This document shows, one piece after another, positions 1 to 9,450 of a DNA stretch of 64,000 bases. A model generated the notes under the pieces. It searched no databases, had not been told where the DNA came from, and saw only the letters and a list, made by a program, of their open reading frames with translations. Source of the stretch: Acidimicrobiia bacterium (GTDB lineage Bacteria > Actinomycetota > Acidimicrobiia > Spongiisociales > ZC4RG35); contig JBGTFH010000057.1 of NCBI GenBank assembly GCA_041747375.1, forward strand, positions 8,417-72,416. Direction: 5' to 3'. Position numbers and translations under genes: made by a program. Position 1 is the stretch's first letter; each line of letters starts with the position of its first letter.

Positions 1-187
1 TTTGCCTCCTCTTCTCTGAAGGTCGGGTGACCTCCATGTCATCGATTCGTCGCGTCCGAGGAAGCGGATTGGTCGTTATCGGCAAATGAGCCACAAGACC
101 TGATAGATCTCACGCCGAGGCGCTAGACACCTGTTCTACACGCGTACTGCGCCACTATTGGCACTATGAACCGTCGGAACGTGGGTT

Positions 188-1390
188 TTACATGTGGGCG
201 ATGATCGCGTCACCGAATTCGGAGGTTTTGACCTCGGTGGCGTCGTCGGTGAGGCGGGCAAAGTCGTATGTCACCGTCTTCGCGGCGATGGCGCCCTCGA
301 TTCCCTTGACGATCAAATCAGCCGCTTCGTCCCAGCCGAGATAGCGGAACATCATCTCGCCGGAGAGGATCACCGATCCCGGGTTCACCTTGTCGAGACC
401 CGCATACTTCGGAGCGGTGCCGTGGGTGGCTTCGAAAATGGCGACACCGGTGTCGTAGTTGATATTGCCGCCCGGTGCGATGCCGATCCCTCCCACCTGG
501 GCAGCGAGAGCATCGGAGAGATAGTCACCGTTGAGATTGGTGGTGGCGATCACGTCGTAGTTCCCCGGCCGGGTGAGCACCTGTTGCAGCATGGCATCGG
601 CGATCACGTCTTGCACGAGGAGTTTGTCACCGGGTTCACCACCGCTGTCCTCCCATGAGACGGCCACGTCAGCGAACTCCTCCCGGACGAGCTCGTAACC
701 CCAGCTCCGGAAAGCACCCTCGGTGAATTTCATGATGTTGCCCTTGTGGACCAGTGTCACCGATTTGCGCCCATTCTCCAGCGCATACTTGATCGCGGCG
801 CGGATAAGTCGCTTGGAACCGGTGATCGAAACCGGCTTGAGGCCCAGACCGGAGTCGGATCGAATCTCCCAGCCGAATTCGGAGGCGAGGAAATCGAGGA
901 GCTTCCTGGCGTCTTCTGTCCCCTCTTCGAGTTCCTTGCCGGCGTAGACATCCTCGGTATTCTCACGGAAGATGACCATGTCGACGGCTCCGGGATCCTT
1001 CACCGGCGACGGCACGCCGTCGTACCACCTCACCGGACGGACACAGGCATAGAGGTCGAGAAGCTGGCGAAGTGCGACGTTGAGGGATCGGATACCACCG
1101 CCGACCGGGGTGGTCAGCGGGCCTTTGATTCCGACCAAATAGGTGGAGAATGCGTCGACCGTTTCGTCCGGGAGCCAGGACCCGGTCTCGTCGAACGCCG
1201 TCTGGCCGGCGAGGACTTCCTTCCAGTCCACCTTACGCTCGCCTTCGTAAGCCTTCTCTACGGCGGCGTCGAAAACTCTGACGGCAGCAGCCCAGATATC
1301 AGGCCCGATCCCGTCACCTTCGATGAAGGGGATGATCGGTTGGTCGGGGACGTTGAGGCCGTCAGGCCCTTTGGTTATCGGTGCGCCCAT
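188..1390 (-). CDS. icd: NADP-dependent isocitrate dehydrogenase
   Basis: 400-aa ORF with [37 protein letters not shown] and [10 protein letters not shown] motifs of the isocitrate/isopropylmalate dehydrogenase family. Confidence 0.95.
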   Translation of the reverse strand: MGAPITKGPDGLNVPDQPIIPFIEGDGIGPDIWAAAVRVFDAAVEKAYEGERKVDWKEVLAGQTAFDETGSWLPDETVDAFSTYLVGIKGPLTTPVGGGIRSLNVALRQLLDLYACVRPVRWYDGVPSPVKDPGAVDMVIFRENTEDVYAGKELEEGTEDARKLLDFLASEFGWEIRSDSGLGLKPVSITGSKRLIRAAIKYALENGRKSVTLVHKGNIMKFTEGAFRSWGYELVREEFADVAVSWEDSGGEPGDKLLVQDVIADAMLQQVLTRPGNYDVIATTNLNGDYLSDALAAQVGGIGIAPGGNINYDTGVAIFEATHGTAPKYAGLDKVNPGSVILSGEMMFRYLGWDEAADLIVKGIEGAIAAKTVTYDFARLTDDATEVKTSEFGDAIIAHM

Positions 1391-1509
1391 GGGCGTAACT
1401 CTCTTCTGCAGGATGAAACGGAAACCCCAGCCTAGCGATCTCCTATTTATGGCGTTTTATCAATGAATTTACGCTAACTTTTCGGGACTCCCGATAGCTT
1501 GGCAACACT

Positions 1510-2097
1510 ATGAGTCGACTCAACAAACGCAACATGACAATCGGTGCCGTCGTGATCGGTGTCCCCGCCCTCCTTATCGCGTGGTGGCTGCTCTCCCCGT
1601 TGTTCCTGGATACCGAGGTCAACGAGGAGTTTCCGATGTCAGCATCGGCACAGGTCCCCGACGACATGACCCCGGAAGAAGTCGAAGCGGCCATGAAAGA
1701 TGCCGCCGACGCCCCGGACAGCGAAACCGAAGAACCGATGCCCGCTGAAGAATCCGGCCTCGTCACCCTCGCAACCGGAGAGTTCCAGGATGCCGACGAG
1801 TTTCATCAGGGCTCGGGGACCGCCACCATCTATCAACTCGAGGACGGTTCACGGGTTTTGAGGCTGGAAGATTTCGAGGTGACCAACGGGCCAGACCTCC
1901 GGGTTCTCCTGGCCTCCGGATCGAGCCCATCAACCAGCGAAGAGTTGGGTGACTACATCGAACTCGCCGGTCTCAAGGGGAACATCGGTGACCAGAACTA
2001 CGAAATCCCTGACGACGTCGACCTGAGCTTGTATTCAAGTGTCGTCATCTACTGCAAACCGTTTCACGTCGTCTTCAGCGTGGCCTCACTGAACTAG
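1510..2097 (+). CDS. membrane-anchored DM13 domain protein
   Basis: 195-aa ORF: N-terminal TM helix (IGAVVIGVPALLIAWWLL), acidic linker, DM13-like C-terminus (GEFQDADEFHQGSGTATIY, LEDFEVTNGPDLRVLL, VVIYCKPFHVVFSVASL). Confidence 0.7.
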   Translation: MSRLNKRNMTIGAVVIGVPALLIAWWLLSPLFLDTEVNEEFPMSASAQVPDDMTPEEVEAAMKDAADAPDSETEEPMPAEESGLVTLATGEFQDADEFHQGSGTATIYQLEDGSRVLRLEDFEVTNGPDLRVLLASGSSPSTSEELGDYIELAGLKGNIGDQNYEIPDDVDLSLYSSVVIYCKPFHVVFSVASLN

Positions 2098-2123
2098 GAG
2101 AAGGCGGTCATTCCAGCGAGTGA

Positions 2124-2969
2124 CTAACTCCTGCGGGCCGTTGCCGCCTTCAACGTGTTTACCAGAAGCATCGCCCTCGTCATCGGGCCTACTCCCCCGG
2201 GAACCGGTGTAATCGCCGACGCAACCTGGGACACACCTTCAAACTCGACGTCGCCGACCAGTCCGGATTCCCCACGGTTGATCCCGACATCGATCACGAC
2301 CGCTCCCGGCTTGACGAGGTCAGCCGTGATCAACTCTGCTGACCCGACCGCGGCGACGAGGATGTCTGCCTCACGCGTCACTGCTGCGAGGTCGGCGGTC
2401 CGGGAATGCGCCACCGACACCGTTGCATCCGCTCCTTTGCTCGAAAGCATCAACGCCAGCGGACGCCCGACCAGAAACGATCTCCCGACAACGACAGCAC
2501 GACTCCCCGTAGTCGGTATGCAGTAATGGTCGAGAATCCGCATGATCCCTCCGGGTGTGCATGGGCGAAGCCCGGGCCGGTCGAGAACGAGCAGACCCAA
2601 ATTATGTGGGTGGAGACCGTCGACATCCTTCCGTGGATCGATCAGCTCGACTATCCGCTCGGCGTCGAGATGAGCGGGCAGGGGCAATTGAACGAGAATG
2701 CCATCGACCGAGTCGTCATCGTTCAAGGTCGCGATCAGCGACTCCAGAACGCCCTGCTTGATATCGGTTGCCAGCTCTTGATGAAACGACTCGATGCCTA
2801 CCTCTGCGGCATCCCCCCGTTTGCCTTTCACGTATGTGTGCGAGGCAGGATCGTCACCGACCAGCACCGTGGCCAATCCCGGACGGAAGTCCAGTTCGGC
2901 TACCGCATCGGAAACCTCAGCCTTAACCGTTGCGGCCACGACTCTGCCGTCGAGTATCCGGGCGGTCAT
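2124..2969 (-). CDS. folD: bifunctional methylenetetrahydrofolate dehydrogenase/cyclohydrolase
   Basis: 281-aa ORF with VGDDPASHTYV, GRSFLVGRPLA and TPVPGGVGPMT motifs. Start shares 1 nt with the purH stop (TGATG at 2967-2971). Confidence 0.95.
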   Translation of the reverse strand: MTARILDGRVVAATVKAEVSDAVAELDFRPGLATVLVGDDPASHTYVKGKRGDAAEVGIESFHQELATDIKQGVLESLIATLNDDDSVDGILVQLPLPAHLDAERIVELIDPRKDVDGLHPHNLGLLVLDRPGLRPCTPGGIMRILDHYCIPTTGSRAVVVGRSFLVGRPLALMLSSKGADATVSVAHSRTADLAAVTREADILVAAVGSAELITADLVKPGAVVIDVGINRGESGLVGDVEFEGVSQVASAITPVPGGVGPMTRAMLLVNTLKAATARRS

Positions 2970-4474
2970 CAGTGTTTGAAGTGCCTGACACCCGAGAACA
3001 CGAGAGCCACCTCGTGTTGGTTGGCGGCATCGATCAACTCCTGGTCGTTGCGCGATCCCCCGGGTTCCACGATGGCAGTGACCCCAGCCCCGGCGAGGAG
3101 GTCGAGCCCGTCACGAAAAGGGAAAAAGGCATCGGATGCGGCCACTGCGCCTTTGGCCCGTTCGCCGGCTTGCGCCAGGGCCTTCCGCGCTGCCCCCACC
3201 CTCGACTGATCTCCGGCGCCAATACCGACGGCGGCTCCGTCTTTGAGAATGACGATGGCATTCGACTTTGTGTGCATGGCCACCGACATCGCAACGCTCA
3301 ACTCGGACATCTCTCCAGGTGTCGGCGCTGTGTTGGAAATCGATTCCCACTTCTCACCAAAATCACTGTCCCGGTCCTGGGAGAGAAGTCCATGATCGAT
3401 GCTGCGAAAATCGACAGGACGCGGGTCGGGTGCTGGTGCCTCCAGGACCCGGAGATCCTTTTTTCTGGCCAGAATCGCCAGGGCATCAGGATCGATCGAG
3501 GTGCAAATGAGAACTTCGATGAAACGCTCCGCGATCAGCCGTGCGGTTTCGGTGTCTACCTTCGCGTTGATCGCGACAACGCTGCCGAAGGCCGAAACCG
3601 GGTCGCAATCCCACGCTCGTTGAAACGCCTCCTCCACACGATCGTGATAGGCAAAACCACAAGGATTCGTGTGCTTTATGACCGCCACCGAAATGTCGGG
3701 CACCGAAGCATGGACCAGGCTCCAAGCAGCATCTGCGTCGGCGAGATTGTTGAATGACATCTCCTTACCCTGATGCTGGCGCGCGTCCAGCCACCACGGC
3801 TTGGAGCCATCCTCGAAGAAGACATCCGCCTCCTGGTGGGGATTCTCACCGTATCGGAGGCTGGAGTGGTGACGGTAAGGCAGAACCAGATCCCGGCCCA
3901 GCCAACCGACGATTGCAGCATCGTACGAAGCCGTGTGGAAGAACGCCTCTGTGGCGAGGTCGCGGCGCAGGTCGTCGTCCAGACCCCCTTCGGTGATGGC
4001 CTTCAGCACTGCCTCATACTGGCCCGGGTTGGTTACCACACCCACAAACGCGTGGTTTTTGGCGGCGGCGCGCACCATGGTCGGGCCGCCGATATCGATC
4101 TTCTCGATGATTTCCTTCTCGGTTGCGTCGGGGTCGGCCACCGTCTCCCGGAACGGATAGAGATTGACGACAACGAGTTGGAAGGCCTCGATACCGCTGG
4201 CATCGAGGTCTTCGGCATCTCCCTCGTGACCGGGCCGGGCCAGGATTCCCCCGTGGATCCCGGGGTGGAGGGTCTTGACCCGGCCACCGAGAATCTCCGG
4301 GGCTCCGGTCACCTCCTCGACCCGGGTGACACTCAACCCGGCCTCATCGAGTGCTGCGGCCGTGCCGCCGGACGAAACGAGCTCGACTCCCCCGTTAGCC
4401 AGACCGGTGGCGAGTTCGACCAAGCCTGTCTTGTCATAAACGCTGAGCAGCGCCCGTTTTACCTGAATCTTCAT
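2969..4474 (-). CDS. purH: bifunctional AICAR formyltransferase / IMP cyclohydrolase
   Basis: Typical PurH N-terminus MKIQVKRALLSVYDKTGL begins at the ATG at 4474, forming an ATGA overlap with the purN stop. C-terminus is GGSRNDQELIDAANQHEVALVFSGVRHFKH. The 41-codon upstream extension of the listed ORF overlaps purN and is rejected. Confidence 0.95.
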   Translation of the reverse strand: MKIQVKRALLSVYDKTGLVELATGLANGGVELVSSGGTAAALDEAGLSVTRVEEVTGAPEILGGRVKTLHPGIHGGILARPGHEGDAEDLDASGIEAFQLVVVNLYPFRETVADPDATEKEIIEKIDIGGPTMVRAAAKNHAFVGVVTNPGQYEAVLKAITEGGLDDDLRRDLATEAFFHTASYDAAIVGWLGRDLVLPYRHHSSLRYGENPHQEADVFFEDGSKPWWLDARQHQGKEMSFNNLADADAAWSLVHASVPDISVAVIKHTNPCGFAYHDRVEEAFQRAWDCDPVSAFGSVVAINAKVDTETARLIAERFIEVLICTSIDPDALAILARKKDLRVLEAPAPDPRPVDFRSIDHGLLSQDRDSDFGEKWESISNTAPTPGEMSELSVAMSVAMHTKSNAIVILKDGAAVGIGAGDQSRVGAARKALAQAGERAKGAVAASDAFFPFRDGLDLLAGAGVTAIVEPGGSRNDQELIDAANQHEVALVFSGVRHFKH

Positions 4475-5043
4475 TGCCAAACCACCTCGCGGCCCGAAAC
4501 CTCGATGTTGCCACGAACGAAGGCGGACACCACTTCCGGATAGAGACGATGCTCCACCGATTGAATTCGAGTGTGGAGTTTTGCCTCGTCGTCGCAATTC
4601 AAAACCGGTACCTCCCGCTGGGCAATGATCGGGCCATGGTCCACTTCCGCATCAACGAAGTGGACAGTCACACCCGTGAGCTTGACCCCGTGGGCCAGGG
4701 CCTGTGCCACGGCGTGGGCACCGGGAAAAGCTGGCAAGAGCGAAGGGTGGACATTGAGGATGCGGTGGTGAAATCGGTCGACCGCCAAGGGCGAGAGGAT
4801 CCGCATGAACCCGGCGAGGACCAGGGCATCCACTTCCGAGGCCGCCTCGACAATGCCCGCGGAGAATTCATCGCGGCCTGCGAAGTCCTGGTATCGAATC
4901 ACCCGGGTCGGGATACCCGCCGCCACGGCTCTGTCGAGGGCACCAACTCCTTCGCGATCGGAGATGACAAGGCTGACGTTGACTTCGGGGTCGGCGGCAT
5001 CGATCAGGGCCTGGAGATTCGAGCCAGAACCGGAGACGAGCAC
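4471..5043 (-). CDS. purN: phosphoribosylglycinamide formyltransferase
   Basis: 190-aa ORF with LVSGSGSNLQALIDA and NVHPSLLPAFPG motifs. Confidence 0.95.
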   Translation of the reverse strand: MLVSGSGSNLQALIDAADPEVNVSLVISDREGVGALDRAVAAGIPTRVIRYQDFAGRDEFSAGIVEAASEVDALVLAGFMRILSPLAVDRFHHRILNVHPSLLPAFPGAHAVAQALAHGVKLTGVTVHFVDAEVDHGPIIAQREVPVLNCDDEAKLHTRIQSVEHRLYPEVVSAFVRGNIEVSGREVVWQ

Positions 5044-5111
5044 TGCGATGTCGATGGTTCCCTCCGAACCTTGAACGCCGCCGCAGTGTAGACCGAGACC
5101 CGGGAAGTTCT

Positions 5112-5597
5112 TCAGCCGAAACGGAGCGAGCGACGGGCCCGATAGAGGACCGAGCGGAGCGAGGCTGGCGAGACCCCCATCACCTTCGCGGTTCGTTCAA
5201 CTGACAGTCCGTGACCCTCCTTGAGCAAGAGAGCACATCGATAGTTGTCGGGGAGACGGGCGAGCTGCTCCATAACCGAGAGACGGGCCGCTACCTCGGT
5301 TTCGAAGGCGATTCCGTTCGGCAGCCGAACCCTTCGACCCTCGACCAGCCGTTCGAGGGTGTCCGAAAAGGCGCTGGCCCCGAATTCAGTTTCGAATTCG
5401 AAAGTCGTCAGGGCGTGGATCCACCGCTTGACCATTGCCGAGCCACGGAAGGTGTCCATCGACGACGTGGCGGCACGTAGCGATGCGGAGGCCTCGTCCC
5501 CGTCGCAGAGCCATATGGCCATGTTCTCGAGCTCCGCCAGATACACCCAACCGGTACCCTGTCCGTGCGAAGCCCGTTGTGACGGTGACTCAAACAT
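5112..5597 (-). CDS. ECF-type sigma-70 family protein, N-terminally short
   Basis: 161-aa ORF. Clear region 4.2 HTH (LPDNYRCALLLKEGHGLSVERTAKVMGVSPASLRSVLYRARRSL) and a weak region 2.2-2.4 (AELENMAIWL ... FRGSAMVKRWIHALTT). An in-frame TAG four codons upstream prevents extension. Confidence 0.5.
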   Translation of the reverse strand: MFESPSQRASHGQGTGWVYLAELENMAIWLCDGDEASASLRAATSSMDTFRGSAMVKRWIHALTTFEFETEFGASAFSDTLERLVEGRRVRLPNGIAFETEVAARLSVMEQLARLPDNYRCALLLKEGHGLSVERTAKVMGVSPASLRSVLYRARRSLRFG

Positions 5598-5628
5598 GTC
5601 ACCTGTCTATTCCAGGAGATGGTTTGCA

Positions 5629-5931
5629 ATGTCAGCATTTGAGAGAGTGCCAGCTCGGGATTGGAAAACCTGGAGCACAGAGTGTGGTGCCGTCATCCTC
5701 GACGTCAGGGAACCCGAGGAGTGGAGCCTCGGCACGCTCCCTGGTTCGACACTCATCGCGATGACCGAGCTAATGGAGCGTGTGGACGAGCTCGACAAGG
5801 CAACTCCAATACTTTGTGTCTGCCGTTCCGGAAGTCGTAGCGCACAGGTGGCCAACTACCTCTCCGGCGTCGGATTTCAACAGGTTGCCAATCTCGAAGG
5901 AGGCGTCAAGGCGTTGGGAATGCAGGACTGA
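5629..5931 (+). CDS. single-domain rhodanese sulfurtransferase
   Basis: About 100-aa product from the internal ATG at 5629 (MSAFERVPARDW...). Active-site loop CVCRSGSRS. The upstream part of the listed 228-aa ORF is antisense to the sigma gene. Confidence 0.85.
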   Translation: MSAFERVPARDWKTWSTECGAVILDVREPEEWSLGTLPGSTLIAMTELMERVDELDKATPILCVCRSGSRSAQVANYLSGVGFQQVANLEGGVKALGMQD

Positions 5932-5933
5932 CC

Positions 5934-7259
5934 GTGGAGATCCGCACGATCTTGACCGAGGGGCTGGGCGATAGCACCTACATCGTGGCCCACGACGGAT
6001 TCGGAATCGTCGTTGATCCCCAGCGCGATATCGACCGCTTCCTGTCCGTGATCGGTGAGCTCGACGTCGAGATACGTTGGGTCATCGAGACCCATCTCCA
6101 CAATGACTACGTGTCAGGAGCCCCCGACCTCGCCCGGATGTTGGGATCGGCGTTGATCATCCCCGCCGGGGCCGCCCCTGTCTACCGCCACACCCCAGCG
6201 TTTCATCGAGAAGACTTGCTCGGCGAAGGACTCACGATCCGACCCATTCACACTCCGGGGCACACACCCGAGCACATGTCGTACCTCCTGCTGGTCGACG
6301 AAGTCGAAACGGCTGTTTTCTCCGGTGGGAGCCTCCTGGTCGGATCAGCAGGCAGGAGCGACCTGCTCGGAATCGACCGGGCCGACACCCTCGCCCGGCT
6401 TCAGTTTCAGTCGGTCAACCGACTCGCCATTCTCCCTGCCGAAACCCGGCTCTACCCGACACACGGGGCCGGGAGTTTCTGCACGGCGACAGTCGTTAGC
6501 AGTGCCGATTCAACGATTGGCGTTGAGTTGCGGACCAACCCCGTCCTCGCCCACAGCGATGAAGACTCCTTCGTGGCGGCGCATTTATCTGGACTTGCGC
6601 CATTTCCCGACTACTACCAGCACATGGGCCCGGCCAACCTCCAGGGCCGCCCGGCACCCGATCTGAGAGCAGCACCGGCCATCGATGAGGATCGGTTCGA
6701 CGACATCGCCGATGTGAGAGTGGTCGATGCCCGCCCGAAACGTGAGTTCGCCTCCGGCCACATCCCGGGGTCGATCGGTGTGGAGTTGCGGAAGGATTTC
6801 GGGGTATGGGTCGGGTGGGTGCTGCCGTTCAATGCGCCGCTGGTTCTGGTGATGAACCCGGACCAGGACCCAGGCGAAGCCCAACGCCAGCTGGCCAGAA
6901 TCGGGTTCGATCAGGTCGTCGGAGTGATCATCGACCTCGACAAATGGAAAGCCCCGCTGGTCGGCCACCAGGTTGTCGATGCCGGCGAAGCGAGGGAGAT
7001 GCTGGCCGGAGGAGCTCAGCTACTCGACGTGCGCGCTCCTACCGATTGGGCATCGGGCACGGTCCCCGGATCGATTACCACCTACACGCCCGATCTGGTT
7101 GACAACACCCCCGAATCGATCGATCAGGACCGTCCGGTGCTCATCGCCTGCGAGACCGGGTATCGGGCAACTATCGCCAGCTCGATCCTCCAGCAGCGTG
7201 GGTTCCACCCGGTAGTGCTGGTGGGAGCCGGTATTCCGGAGCTGCTCACCCCTGCTTGA
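5934..7259 (+). CDS. MBL-fold persulfide dioxygenase fused to two rhodanese domains (CstB-like architecture)
   Basis: 441-aa ORF. ETHLHNDYVSG metallo-beta-lactamase motif. The middle rhodanese-like domain has no catalytic Cys. The C-terminal rhodanese has LIACETGYR. Confidence 0.8.
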   Translation: MEIRTILTEGLGDSTYIVAHDGFGIVVDPQRDIDRFLSVIGELDVEIRWVIETHLHNDYVSGAPDLARMLGSALIIPAGAAPVYRHTPAFHREDLLGEGLTIRPIHTPGHTPEHMSYLLLVDEVETAVFSGGSLLVGSAGRSDLLGIDRADTLARLQFQSVNRLAILPAETRLYPTHGAGSFCTATVVSSADSTIGVELRTNPVLAHSDEDSFVAAHLSGLAPFPDYYQHMGPANLQGRPAPDLRAAPAIDEDRFDDIADVRVVDARPKREFASGHIPGSIGVELRKDFGVWVGWVLPFNAPLVLVMNPDQDPGEAQRQLARIGFDQVVGVIIDLDKWKAPLVGHQVVDAGEAREMLAGGAQLLDVRAPTDWASGTVPGSITTYTPDLVDNTPESIDQDRPVLIACETGYRATIASSILQQRGFHPVVLVGAGIPELLTPA

Positions 7260-7278
7260 AACCTTTTCCCGGTTTGTC

Positions 7279-7773
7279 ATGTCAAACAACGATGCAGGGG
7301 GCACAATGACCGAAATGGTTGACAACACCGCGACGGATGCCGGTCAGACGAAGCGAAATTGGACGTTTCCCCTCATCGTTCTCCTGGTCGTAGTTGCACT
7401 CACCGTTGTCGCCTTGATCCGTGAACCCGTCGCCCTCGATCCCACCACCCCGGAAGGCACGGTCCAGGTCTACCTCCAGGCCCTGGCCGACAACGACTAT
7501 GAAGCGGCGTTGCAGCAGACAACCGCTGAGATCCAGGAGGCTTGCACCGCCCAGGACATATCGGATAACTTCTATTACGACTCGTTTACGGCGACTCTCG
7601 GAGCGACGCGTGAAATGGGCACGGTCACAGTCGTCGAGGTTGCTATAAACCAGACCGATGTCGGGCTGAGCAGCGGATACTTCGAACAGATCGAGTTGAC
7701 CGATCAAGAGGGTGGATGGGCGATCACCGGAGATCCCTGGCCCTACTTCACCTACGCCTGTTTCAACATATGA
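7279..7773 (+). CDS. hypothetical membrane-anchored protein
   Basis: 164-aa ORF with one TM helix (FPLIVLLVVVALTVVALI) and a soluble domain. ATGA-coupled to the next gene. Confidence 0.6.
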   Translation: MSNNDAGGTMTEMVDNTATDAGQTKRNWTFPLIVLLVVVALTVVALIREPVALDPTTPEGTVQVYLQALADNDYEAALQQTTAEIQEACTAQDISDNFYYDSFTATLGATREMGTVTVVEVAINQTDVGLSSGYFEQIELTDQEGGWAITGDPWPYFTYACFNI

Positions 7774-9380
7774 GCATCGTTCTGGGAGGCCTCCTCCTTC
7801 TCGCCATTGTGGGCCTGATAATTTTCGGTGTTGTCAAAGCTCTCTCGGGTCGAAGCAAAGATGGGTCACTCGGCGGAGACCTGATCGCTTATGGCCTCCT
7901 TGCAATTTTCATTGGAGGAACGGTTTGGGCGCTCTTCTTGTTGGGCCGGGCCGCCTTCCCGGGGGAAAGCCTGGTGGGGATGTCCCAGCAAGATCTTTCC
8001 GGAGCGCTGGCAGGACTCATCGTCGCCGGGCCAATTGCCTACATCCTCTGGCGACGCCAGGATGATCGCCGCGAGGTCAATCCCGACAGTGTTGCCTGGT
8101 CGATCTACCTTGCCTTCACCGATCTGGTCTACCTCACCTGGTTGGTTGTCTATGCAGTCATCATCGTCAGGGCGGCATTTGGCGGGAGTCTCCCCCGCCT
8201 AACCGATGTTGCCATCGTTGCGGCCGTGGTTGCAATCCACGACAGGGCAGCTCGCATCGATAGGCCCGGTGGGTCAATCTCCCAGATCTATCGCGTGGTC
8301 GGATCGGGCATTGGGTTGGTAACCCTCAGCGGCGGCGTCGGGTTGGTTCTGTGGTGGGTGTTCACCCGGTTGTATTCGACATTCACCGCCACGGATGGCG
8401 ACGCGCCGCTCGCCGTCGGGGCCGCAATGGCGATTGTCGGCGGTGTGGTTTGGGCGTACAAGTGGTTGCGACCCTGGCGTTCGACCCCGGACGGAACCTA
8501 TATCACCTACGTGGTGCTGGTACTGCTGGCCTCTTTCCTGACCCTTGTAGGTTCACTCGCCGCACTGGTTGCGATCGTCATCCTGTACTTCACGTTATCG
8601 CCTGAATCACCCGGAGCACATTTCGAGCCTGTCGCCCCATTGCTGGCGATGGCGACGACTTCGGCATTGATCTGGTTCCACCATCGACCGCACCTCGGCA
8701 AGGAGCGCAACGACGCCATCAGGGCATACCAGTATGTGATCGCCGCCATCGGCTTGGCGACCGCCATCGGGTCATTCACCACGGTTGTCACCCTCATCCT
8801 GCGACCGAATCTCGTGGTCTCCGACCGGGGAACCGGAGTGGTGACCGGTCTGGTGGCGGGTGCAGTCGGAGCCATCGTCTGGTGGTATTTCTGGTCTGAC
8901 GCGCAGACTGCGGCGAGGGCTCCCGAGGCATCATCGACACCGCGGAAGTTCTATGTCATCGGAATGGCGATCATTCTCGGTTTGACCGCTGCCGGTGCGG
9001 TAATCGGTGTCCTCCTCTACATCTTCCAGACGATGCTCGGACTGGACCCGAGTACGACCGCGTTGGTCTCGGAGTTGTCACTTGCTGTCCTCGCCGGTGG
9101 TGCCACCTGGCATCTCTTCAGACAGAACCGCGCCGACGCAGAGTTGCGCGGTGGTGTGGAAACCCGACCCTATCTGGTGACCGTCATTTGCAGTCACCCC
9201 GGTCGACTCGCTGCACTACTCCCGCCTGAGGGATCGCTGCGAATCATCTTCCGGGGCGATGGAGTAGGGGATGTAGATGACGACACCGCAAACCGCATCG
9301 TTGAGCGGACGCGAGGTGTCGACTCCATCGTATGGGTTGGAGAGGACACTTTTGAAGTGGTTCCGGCTCTCCAAGCCTGA
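7770..9380 (+). CDS. hypothetical polytopic membrane protein with internal repeats
   Basis: Start taken at the ATG at 7770 (MSIVLGGLLLL), overlapping the upstream stop. Many TM helices. A recurring post-helix aromatic-basic motif (ILWRRQDD, WAYKWLRPWRS, LIWFHHRPHLGKE, VWWYFWSDAQ, ATWHLFRQNRAD). Soluble C-terminal tail. Confidence 0.7.
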   Translation: MSIVLGGLLLLAIVGLIIFGVVKALSGRSKDGSLGGDLIAYGLLAIFIGGTVWALFLLGRAAFPGESLVGMSQQDLSGALAGLIVAGPIAYILWRRQDDRREVNPDSVAWSIYLAFTDLVYLTWLVVYAVIIVRAAFGGSLPRLTDVAIVAAVVAIHDRAARIDRPGGSISQIYRVVGSGIGLVTLSGGVGLVLWWVFTRLYSTFTATDGDAPLAVGAAMAIVGGVVWAYKWLRPWRSTPDGTYITYVVLVLLASFLTLVGSLAALVAIVILYFTLSPESPGAHFEPVAPLLAMATTSALIWFHHRPHLGKERNDAIRAYQYVIAAIGLATAIGSFTTVVTLILRPNLVVSDRGTGVVTGLVAGAVGAIVWWYFWSDAQTAARAPEASSTPRKFYVIGMAIILGLTAAGAVIGVLLYIFQTMLGLDPSTTALVSELSLAVLAGGATWHLFRQNRADAELRGGVETRPYLVTVICSHPGRLAALLPPEGSLRIIFRGDGVGDVDDDTANRIVERTRGVDSIVWVGEDTFEVVPALQA

Positions 9381-9450
9381 GACAATTCACGCCCCGTGAT
9401 CGACCTATGAAGTGGCTCGCTGAAAGTTCCTCAAACTGCGGGGCTGAAAT

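Noticed and set aside
74-87. Shared 14-mer CGTTATCGGCAAAT (18/20 match with flanks) at 74-87 and 39564-39577, both intergenic
   Set aside because: For a 64-kb window searched on both strands, several matches of this quality are expected by chance. There is no further similarity in the flanks.
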